Positions 23,911-33,960 of a DNA stretch of 64,000 nt are shown here, piece after piece. Each line of letters starts with the position of its first letter. The stretch's first letter is position 1. A model generated the notes under the pieces. It was not told the origin of the DNA, made no database searches, and saw only the letters and a program-made list of their open reading frames with translations. Origin of the DNA: Lophium mytilinum (Eukaryota); NCBI GenBank assembly GCA_010093605.1, contig MU004184.1, forward strand, positions 1,002,801 through 1,066,800, given 5' to 3'. Made by a program: the position numbers and the translations under genes.

Positions 23911-24790
23911 ATGTCCGCCAAAATCACCAAAACCTCCGATCTCCCCCCGTCAGAAGCGAAATGGATCTCCTTCCAAAAGATTGACTGGGTGGACCAAGCC
24001 GGCAAAGCGCGCGTGTGGGTAAGTAAGGTCGTAGTACACATTACCAGAGTCATTTGGTTTCAGCTTTCCCAAAATGCCACTCAAAGAGGGTGTTTAATCA
24101 TGACTTGAGTCGCGTTTCCATACCCATGCGACTCGTGTTCCACGACCTTCCGTGTCAGAACACCTAGCAGGCTGTTCTTTGAGAAGCTTCATCTGATCAA
24201 AACACAACTCGAGTGGCGCTTTGCGAGGCTGAACACCAGAGGACATGCAGCTATCCCAATTGCACTTTTATATAAACCTTAGCATATATGCTGACACCTC
24301 AAAGGAAGTCGCCTCCCGCAAAACCCGCGGTAGCTCCGGCATCGATGCCGTCGCCATCGCCGCCATCCTCCGCTCCCCCACCGCCCCACCCTCCACAATC
24401 ATAATCCTGCAATTCCGCCCCCCAGCCGCCGGCATCTGCGTCGAGCTCCCCGCCGGGCTGATCGACGCAAAGGAAACACCGGAGCAGGCGGCGGTTAGGG
24501 AGCTACGCGAGGAGACGGGGTATGAGGGCAAGGTGGTGGGGATGAGCCCGACGATTGTGAGCGACCCGGGGATGACGACGGCGAATATGCAGTTTGCGAC
24601 TGTCGAGGTGGATTTGAAGGAGGGGGAGCAGCCGGAGCAGCAGTTGGATGAGGGGGAGTTTATTGAGAGGGTTGTTGTGCCGATTCATGAGCTGTATGCG
24701 AGGCTGCTGAAGTATTCGGAGGAGGGGAAGACGGTGGATGCGAGGTTGTGGCATTGGGCTGCGGGGATTGAGTTTGCAAAGTCGTTATGA
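23911..24790 (+). CDS. Nudix hydrolase, ADP-ribose pyrophosphatase (YSA1/NUDT5-like)
   Basis: Exon 1 ...DQAGKARVW joins EVASRKTRG across intron 24019..24304; QFRPP motif and Nudix box ELPAGLIDAKETPEQAAVRELREETGY; SDPG and VDARL motifs. Confidence 0.92.
24049..24244 (+). ncRNA. Candidate intronic structured RNA (long basal stem plus multi-way junction with 2-3 hairpins), family unknown
   Basis: Nested complementary segments: 24053-58/24235-40, 24059-66/24226-33, 24076-82/24211-17, 24090-95/24200-05, 24107-15/24126-34, 24135-40/24158-63, 24141-44/24151-54. Several G-U pairs form only on the sense strand. Confidence 0.6.
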
Positions 24791-25289
24791 GAGGAGTAGG
24801 GAGAGCGGGGGGAGGAGGGTGGGGGGGGGAGGAAATGAGAGGAGAGACGACATGACCCATCAGCCTTAAATTAGCTGATGCTGTTGTAGACCGGCGATGG
24901 GCATTATTGTGCTGGGCATCTCCGTAACCAGCCGGATCGGACTGCATACTTCGACTGTCGATGTCGACAGGAGTAAGCAGTCCGATCAGATAGGTATTAG
25001 AAGCATATTTCAACAAGGTGCTTTCCTTCTCAACATTCTTGATTTTCATTAATCTTTTTCGATCTGTCCCAGTTTGTGAGAGGGTACTGAAGGACCACAA
25101 CCAGTGGTAAATAGGCCGGCTGTCAGCGTATGAATTGTTTCTGATTCAAGCTCCCGGGGACTTTACTTTCTATCAGAAACTTTCAGAATATATTACAGTA
25201 CCTCTAACTGTGGTAAGCAAGCGTGCCCAATTTTTCTCGAGGCGCTATTTACGAAGATGTTCCCAAATCACAAATGAGTGCACATTCGT

Positions 25290-26645
25290 CTTGTCACTAC
25301 TTGGAGTGGCCTCTTTCCCTTTCAAAGCCCTAACCATGATGTAAAGATTCATACCGTAGATCTCACGCTACCCTTTTGACGTGTTGCTTATCTCGTAGTC
25401 GAGCTACTCCTAACAGTGGTAACGAGCGAGCAAAAGTTGAATTCATATACTGCTATACTCACATCATCAGTCACAGTATCTTCCTATAAGTCTGTGCACA
25501 TTCATTCACTACTGCTTAAAGTGGTCCCGCTTGCTTTCAGATTCCCAGACACGATGTAAAGAATGATGCTGTGGATATTAGGCAGGCTCTTGACTTACTA
25601 CTTACTGCGCAGCTGGGCTACTCTTAAGGGCGGTAACGATCGAGTAAGAGTTAAATTGAAGGACTGCCATACCTACATCACATCATCGGACATACTACCG
25701 GCGTCATTTCTGTAGGAAGTGACGATGACGGGGTGCATGAATGCACCCTCTGTTAGTTGTTGGAGCATTTTGCCTGGCTCGCGTTGGCCGATTTGTTTGC
25801 GAACGATGGAGCTCGTGATATCTGCGAGCTTTGGGAGAAAAAAATCTCTTGCCAGGCTTCAAAGCGGCCTTTGTAGGCTTTTGAGACGAGACTTGAAGGC
25901 TAGGCGCGGAACTTGGAACCGCGTTCTTCCTCCACGAGAGCTGGGTCGTCGAGGTGAGCGACTTGGTGGCTCGAAGGGGCGAAAAGGAGTATCTGGACTC
26001 TCTTCCTATGCACTTACTACCACTGCTCGAGGTGCTCCTGTTCGCTTGAAACCCTCTAAACACAATGTCAAGATCAATAATATGCATATAAGCCCGCCTT
26101 TTAACGTGATAGCTATATCACGACTAGGGTGCTCCAGCAGCAATATCAAGCATGCAAGAGGTGAGCTTAAGAACTGCTATATCTGCGTACCTATACTGAT
26201 GGCTTAGTACATGCCTTACACCACGTCTCTACGCATTCCTTCACCACTGCTTGAGGTGGCCCGGTTCGCTTTTAAGAATTCCAAACACGACGTTAGGTTT
26301 AACGCAGTAGACATCAAGTTATGTTCTGTTTGGCCGGCTACCTAAAAGCAGAGGGACCCTAACAGTGGCGTCTAGTTTCTAAGGACAGAACACAGGCAGT
26401 ATGATACCTATTTCCTGGATTGCGTCGTCTAGAACTTAGGGTCTTACCAAAGGTCTATCTACACACATACGCCAACGCTTGAGGTGGCTCCATTCACTTT
26501 GAAAAATCGAAAACTCGATGTAAAGATTGATGCCGTGGAGATTGGATTGCTTCTTGACTGGTCAGTGACCTCGTAAGTAAGGTACTCCTAACATCAGTGT
26601 CACGCAAGCAAGAGTTGAACTTAAGGACTGCTATATTGTGTATTC
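25290..26645. repeat. Diverged ~215-230-bp tandem repeat array (at least 5 recognisable copies)
   Basis: Shared motifs in the same order, CTGCTT.A.GTGG ... CACGATGTAAAGATT ... CTCCTAACAG ... GGACTGCTATA, with anchors at 25338, 25553, 26064, 26289 and 26517. Confidence 0.75.
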
Positions 26646-26684
26646 AGGCCAATGGCTTGCTACTGTACCCAGGCTGACGGCCAA

Positions 26685-27960
26685 CTACTTTAACCACAAG
26701 TAACGACCCGGCTGACTATTGCCACGCTTCTTCAAGCACACCTCGACCGAATGCCACCCCTCAATCCTATAATTACACATCTTCCAGTCCCTCTTCCTAC
26801 TCGCCACCTGGTGCCCCTTCCCATACGTCCAGTGCCGCAAAGACATCATGTTCCCACCCTCCTCCTTCTTCTCAAACACGAACTTCTCCTCTTTCTCCCA
26901 CATCGCCCGAAACGCCGCAGGCTCTCTCACACACCACGCACGCAACGTACTCTCAATCAGATCCTCCGGGCTCCGGTACTCCCACCCCTTACCCTGGAAC
27001 TTACCACCTTCCACCCTGAGCGTGTCGGTTTCTCCACTCACAAAGTAGTCGGCGTACGGATTCATCAGCACGACAGCGTAGCTCGGCTCGACCCTTTTGT
27101 CCTTTACAATTGGGATCCATGTGAGCTTTTAGGACTTAATGAGGTGCAACACACACGGCCCGTAGCTCTTCAACGCGACGTCGCGCGCCTCCCTGCACAC
27201 GGCGAGCAGAGCTGGCGGCGCGCAGGACCCGTCAGCTCGGGGGTGCAGGTCGTCGGTGAGGTTCAGACGACGGGGGATGTGGGCTGCGAAGGTCCAGATC
27301 ATAAGCCGGAGCTCTGCTGGGAGTTTGTCGAACTGAGGGAATGGGGATCCTGGGGGAGATCGCGACGCGTGTTTGTGCAGCATGTTTGGAGCATGCAGGG
27401 GCTCTGTGCTGAGTGCGCTAATCATCGATGGTGGTGCGGCGGAGGCTTGGCTGCTGGATGGGGTCGAGAGATTCTTGTTTCTCTTCTGCTTCGGGCTAGG
27501 TAGGGTCATGGCCGTCGAGCTCGGTAAGATGGTAAAATGTGGACGAGTGTCGGTGCCTGTGCCAGTGTGAATGTGGGCCATGTCGTTGAAAGGGTTGCTG
27601 CTGGGGTTGTCGGTTGGACTGCTCGGAGCATCTTGAGACGCGAAAGGGTCGCCGTGACGGGCCTTACAGTAAATTCGAGAGCTGAGGCGTCCTTCGCCAT
27701 GCTGGCGGAGGCGTCCTCCACCATGGTGGAAGGTTGTGGCTGGAAGAGGAGGATGTGAATTGTTTGGGCATGGACAGGTGAAACGGCGGTGTTGTGTTTC
27801 ACGTTGTCGAGGTCTGTGATGGACGTTGGAATATGATTGGACTCTGAAGCTGCGCCGCCTCTTGTGGCGGTGCTCTCGCCAAGACTCAACCTCTGGTAGG
27901 TGTAGGTATAGCTCGGCGGTTTAGTCTTTTAATTCGCCGAGGGCGTGACGGCAGGCTGGG
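26685..27960 (-). pseudogene. Disrupted 2EXR-domain gene
   Basis: 2EXR signature FPQFDKLPAELRLMIW...PPALLAVCREAR; in-frame TAA at 27131..27129, after which the same frame continues into ORF 27071..26685; a second TAA at 27931..27929 and a frame change near 27506-27581. Confidence 0.65.
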
Positions 27961-29117
27961 AGGATTTGTATCTACCTGACTCGTGCGGAATTGTTTGCCG
28001 GCAACAGCGCCTGTCGTTCAGCAACCGGGTTGTAACCTGAGAGCAAGGCCGCCATCCTCGTCAGCCCGTACGCGAGAGATTGAAAACGTGCGGTTCGGAA
28101 CTCGACGAACTCGAGGCTTGTCTGCTAGTGTCATGGACAACGACGTTCTACGAAGCATGGAGATAGGAAGGGTGGAGTGAGTGGATACCGACTTGTACAT
28201 CTGCCGCACGATTCTCCCGTTTGATCCGGGAGATGGTCTCATGGATACGTGTCAGTAACAAAGGTAAGACCCTCACATCTGGGAGGAAGATCTTCCTGAT
28301 CGTCAGTCCGATTCTTTTGCGCAATGGATGAACACTAATTCTCTACTTGCGGCGGCAGAGTTTTCCGTGCTTATTCTCCAGAACAGTGGCGTTCCCCTCT
28401 TCAATGGGTAGCTCCAACGGCCGGAAAACTCCAGGAATTGCTAGCTAGGTCTCCCTTGCCGTCTGCTACTACAAGCTCACTTATGACATGGATGTCAGGG
28501 AACCTGCCGTTTGTGCTCGCGGGCCCGAGGGTACCTGGATAGCGTCTCCAAGCTTGCGCCACCACGTCCCCAGGGCCGGTCGTCGGGAGCAGCGGGACGA
28601 GGGGCACTTGAAGCCGACCAGTGGGGTTCCCCGAGCTCGATAGCGTCCCTCGCGAAACATGCCTGATGCCACACAGCAACAGGGTCGGTGAGCAAGTGAT
28701 TTCCGCCTGTTCCTGAAGGCCTCACGCTATCGTTTCCGGGGCATTGGGTTGCTCCATGAACTCGGTATAGTGAGCGAGCCGCATCACAGAGCAGTTCATC
28801 TCACTGACACAGCGCCCCTGCTCCGAAAGGCACCCTTATGCACTGGGTTGCGCCGCAGTCGATAATCCTCCTCCGCCGCTATGGAATCCACGAGCCCGCG
28901 ACTCGCCGCTCAATACTCATTCCGGCTGTCGTCTGGAAAGGTCCAGAGGTCTGTGTGGCTCTGCATCTGCCGCTAGTAGGGCCGGATTTGCGGGCGTTGG
29001 CTGTACCGGCCCTTCAATTTATACCTCGTGGCTGCCACGATGAAATCCTGTCTTAGCTACTACTAACAAACTCTCCTTCCTTAAAGTTTGTTTTTCGAAC
29101 TTGGTACCCTAGTCATC

Positions 29118-30897
29118 ATGTTGGCGAATCTTTGGGATGTGATTGTGGTGGGCGGTGGCCTCGCGGGGAGCGTCATCTCAAACAGGTTGTATCAGAATGA
29201 TACGTCACTCAAAATTCTCTTGATTGAGGCGGGCGAGGACGTGTCGACGAACACTATCATTCCGTATGCGGACAACCAGTCGCTCCTCGTGCCGTCGCCG
29301 TGGAGCTGGAATGATACTACGGTCCCGCAGACGTCGATGGACAACAGGGTGATCCCCAACCCAGCCGGGAAGGGTCTTGGTGGAGGCACCATCATCAACT
29401 CATGTAAGTCATGCTATCTACTTTTCAAGTAGCACACACTAACATTCTATCAGGTGGATGGATCCGTGGTAACGAAAATGACTTTGACTTGTGGGCCAGT
29501 ACTGTCGGCGACTCGAAATGGAGCTACAATGGCCAACTGCCTTACTTCCGCAAGATGGAACACACATACAACGCCTCCGCAAACCCAGTACAACACGGCT
29601 TCGTCGGACCCATGTGGTTCGCTTCTGTATCTTCAACTGGCCGCAACTACCCTCTCCGCGATACTATCAAGTCTGCCTGGGGCGAAGCAGGTCTGCTACC
29701 TCCCGCAGATGGAGACGCCAACGACGGCACACCTATCGGACTGGGAGAGCTCAACGAGAACCGCAAGAACGGTCTTCGCGAACTCGCTTCCTCCGCCTAC
29801 CCCCTCGGCGGTGTCACTGTCCTTACCAACACTCTCGTGGCTAAGATTCTGATCTCTAAAGTGGCCGGATCTCTCACAGCTACAGGCGTGAAGCTTGCGA
29901 ATGGAACCACGTTCAGCGCAACAAGACAGGTCGTCCTGTCTGCTGGCGCCTACCGCACACCTCAACTCCTCATGCTCTCCGGCGTCGGTCCCACTGCTCA
30001 GCTGAAGAAGTTCGGCATTACCCAGCTCGTCAATGCGCCAGCTGTTGGCACTGGGCTCGCTGATCATATGCTCCTGTCGCTGTACTGGAAGCTTCGTCCT
30101 GACGTCGCCGCGGAAGGTGTTGCTCTCGGAAGCTCGAACCCTCTCTTCACGCAACCTCAGTTCGGAGATGGTGTGCCGGCTGACTGGGTCGCGACTGAAT
30201 CTCTACCCAGAGCTGCCCTGATAGCCGCCATCACTAAAGATGAGGGCAAGGCGCCGTCTTCTTCCCACCCGCTGTTGAAGACCACGCGCTCCTTCATGGA
30301 GACTTTGGTTATCTATGCTGCCGGCAGCGCTGCGGATCCGGTTATCGCATACAACGGCTCCCATATCACCACCACCTTGGTTGGTCTGCTGCCGACTGCG
30401 AGGGGTACAGTCACGCTTGCGTCGACGAACCCAGCTGATCATCCGATTATCGATCCTCAGTACTTCAGCACCGAAGTCGATAAGCTGAACTTCCGTCACG
30501 GGATCCAGAGAGTTGCGCAGATGTTCCTTGGGACACCGACTGGTAACGCCACTATCGAAGGAGAGACACCTGCGGATGGATTCGCACCGATCACTCTTTC
30601 ATCCTCGGATGACTACCTAGAGGCAAGGGCCAGACATAGTTCCGGGTAAGCTGGGCTCTTTTCAATCTGCAAACTTGAGTGATGATATTAACGAATTGCA
30701 GGAACACATACCACCCTATGGGTACCGCCGCCATGGGCAAAGTCGTCGACAAGAACCTCAATGTCATCGGCGTCAAGAACTTCAAGATCGCAGACACCAG
30801 CGTGTTTCCGGTGGTCATCACTGCGCATTTGCAGCAGGCGACGTATGCGATGGCCGAGCAGGCTGCTATGATTATTGCGGCGGCGTGTAATTACTAA
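29118..30897 (+). CDS. GMC (AA3-type) FAD oxidoreductase
   Basis: VIVVGGGLAG, GKGLGGGTIIN, SAGAYRTPQLLMLSGVG, catalytic YHPMGT and a second His; introns 29404..29453 and 30646..30701. Confidence 0.93.
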
Positions 30898-31449
30898 AGA
30901 GCCTTATGTGATGAGGAAGATGTGGAAATGCATTGGAGAAAAACTCTTGAAAAGCGTAGACTGGCTGGAGGGTGTATCTCGCCCTCTTTAAAGGCCTTAA
31001 TATGGTGCCACCGTGTATATAAGCCTATGCCGCATATTTCAATCATGTCTCCTGAATTTTGACCCCTTCTTGAAGAATCCGCCCACCGGAAACTTGATTT
31101 GTTGATAGTGCTCGCGAACATCACATGCGTGTTTCACCATTCCATGGTTCGGACCTACAAAGGTCTTGTCCTCCACATCCTTGAACATGCATTGCAGTTG
31201 CACCGAGAGAGTTTGTTGGCTTGCCGAGTGCAGCTGAAGAGACTTCGTGCCTGCAGTGCCGATCTGCGGAGGACGGGATCTTTCTTTGTGAAGTTGATGT
31301 ATTCACGATGAATAATGGAATACTAAATGATAGTGCTGCCTATCATTGCCTCATCCATCTCGTTGATTTTTGTCGGCGATGTGGTCATAATCTTCGCCAG
31401 TCTAATGACTTCGGCGGCGCGAGTTGGCTCCCAGATTTCGGCACGGCGG

Positions 31450-31651
31450 ATTTGTCGTATTCAAAACAGAGTACATTCCTTGGCGTTTTTCTCCGTGCAC
31501 CCCCCCTAATTTTGTAAGCGCGCGCCTGGGATTATTAGATAGGTTATATATTAATTTTTAACTACTTTTTAATATACCTATATTAGCTATTAGTAAGGCC
31601 TCTTATATATATATTAAAGCTTATATACTAATAATTTCTAGTATTCTAGTA
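31450..31651 (+). repeat. Left terminal inverted repeat
   Basis: ATTTGTCGTATTCAAAAC...GCGCGCGCCTGGGATTATTAGATAGG...CTAGTA is the reverse complement of 36503..36705 apart from a few transitions and one small indel. Confidence 0.93.
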
Positions 31652-33698
31652 CTACTATAATATTCTTAATATAGTGTAACCTTTAATAATAATACCTAAC
31701 GCTCTAGAGACCTACTAGTAGCTAGAGAAGATAGAGAAAGAGAAGAAAGAGAAGAAGTAGGTACTTTTATAGAATTATTTAAAGTTACGCTAGAGAATAT
31801 ATAAACTACTACCTAAAGAGAAAGGTATATATACTCTAATAATAGCTAAGCTACTATTAAAGCTACTATAAGACTAGGTATAGATCTTTTAGCTAAGGTA
31901 GTAAAAGAGAGAAAGAATAGACTATAGTGCAAGGCTTAGATAGCTAAGAAGGCTACGCGTAAGGCTATAGTAATAGATAGGCAGCGCGCGGTATAAAAGA
32001 AGGCAGCGTAATAGTAAGAAAAGATAGCGCAATAGTAAGAGAAGATAGTATAGTAGTAAGAAAAAGTAGTATAGAATAAAGAGATCTAGAATAGTTATAA
32101 CTCTATACTAGTAGTACTACTATTATTACTACTAGATAGAGATAGAGATCTACCTTTTATATTCTCTTCTACTTTTTTTACTCTAGCGCGCTATAAGCGC
32201 GTAGTATTAATATTACTACTATTATCTACTAGTTCTCTAGACTATAATATTAACCTATCTTTCTAGCTATTTATTAATAAGAAGAAGGCGGGTAGTAAGA
32301 TAGTAGATATAAAGATATAGCTTAGCCTCTCTAGTAATAATATTAAGCTAGAACTTAATAAGCTAGTTATAAAGGCGCAGGCTAATAGTAACTACTAGAA
32401 GTATACTATTACTTTTTATACTACTATAATATATACTTTAAATAGTAAAGGCAGTATATAAATATATAATATAGATAACTTCTTTATATTCTCTTTTAAT
32501 AGATTATTTATAGCTCTTAATATAAAGTAGGCAGTCTTCTAGAAAAGTACTATAGCGCTTCTATTTAAATATAAAGTTATATCTAATCTATCTAGAAAGT
32601 TAATTACGCCTAAGTTTTTACCGGCTATAGCTATATCTAAGAGTTATAGCGGGAAGCTACTATAGTAGTATAAGGCTATAATAAGTAGAATTACTAATAT
32701 AAGAGACTATAATATAGACCTAATATAGTATTAAAAGTGCACTAATAAAGAGTATAGTAACTTTAATAGCTACTACTTTTTTAATAGCGGCAAGTACTTT
32801 ATTATACTTACTAAGTAGTAGAAGGTATAAACTAATACTATAGCGCGCGGTAAGGCTACTATATTAGTGCCTCTAATTAAATTATTAAAGGAGCTTTAAA
32901 TAAACAGGCCTATAGGTTTAAAATATTATTAGCTAGTAAAAATAATAAGAGTATAGCAGGCGGTAAGTACTATAGATAATATTAAGGTAATAATAAAGTA
33001 GACTATAAAGCTTAGTAGCATATAATAGATAATAGCTATAGCTAAGAGGTTTTTAAGTATATAGTAGCCTCTATTATAGCCTTAGTTATAGCCTTAATAG
33101 TAGTAGTATAGCTACTATTCTTTTTCTTCTCTACTACTCTATTATCTACTAAATCTATATATTTCTATTAGGTTTCTAGTATTTCTATATATGCTAGTAT
33201 CTATATCTATACTTCTTCTTTCTCTACTACTACTACTACCGCCCTTAACTTAGGCCCCGGCCGCCGCAGAACCTTACTAACTAAAAAGCTTAAGCCCGGT
33301 ATATTCTAAGAAGAAGAATATAGATATACTAGAGGCGTTCTTTTATTAGAAAGTTAATAGTATATAGAACGCTAGTTTATACTAGCGCTAGTAGTAGGCG
33401 GCCTAGATAGTAATAAATTAGGCTTAGAATATAGATTTTCTCTATTAGATAATAAATAGAAGCTTAAAGGCGTATTATAAGGCTATATAGCTAGAAATAT
33501 TAGATAGAATAGCTATAAAGTTTACTAAGAAGCTATATAGATTTAAGTAGCTATACTAGAAGAATAAAGCGGCGTTTAATCTTACTCTACTAGGTAATAG
33601 AGGGTAGAGCGTATAGTAATAGATATATACTATCTATCTAATATATACTATCTATAATATATATACTATCTATTAATTAAAGGGTATTTATAGTTTAA

Positions 33699-33960
33699 GG
33701 CTTAAGTATTAGTGCTAGTAAAATATAAAAATATATCTTAATATCTTGCGGCTTAAGTATTAGTAGTAAGAATTCTATTCTAATATTTTATAGCTTAAGT
33801 ATTAGTAGTAAGAATCTTATTTTAATATTTTAAGGCTTAAGTATTAGCGCAGGGGAAATTTGCCCTACGCTAATACTTAAGCCTTAAAATAGAATCCTTA
33901 CTACTAATACTTAAGCTATAAAATATTAAAATAAGATCTATACTACTAATACTTAAGTCT
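33699..33960. repeat. Head-to-head arrays of a GCTTAAGTATTAG repeat forming a large palindrome centred near 33858
   Basis: Four copies on the + strand (33699-33850) face three inverted copies (33863-33960); the inner arms 33826..33854 and 33863..33890 are near-perfect complements; further copies at 35221-35280. Confidence 0.85.

Noticed and set aside
24049..24244. TPP riboswitch, HDV or hammerhead ribozyme, C/D snoRNA, SECIS or SRP identity for the intronic fold
   Set aside because: Partial words are present (TGAGAA, ATACCC, CTGATC, TTCCACG, AGCAG), but not in the order or pairing context those families require; no RTGATGA C box
33699..33960. CRISPR-like repeat-spacer array
   Set aside because: Eukaryotic RIPed DNA; the spacers resemble each other, the orientation flips and there are no cas genes
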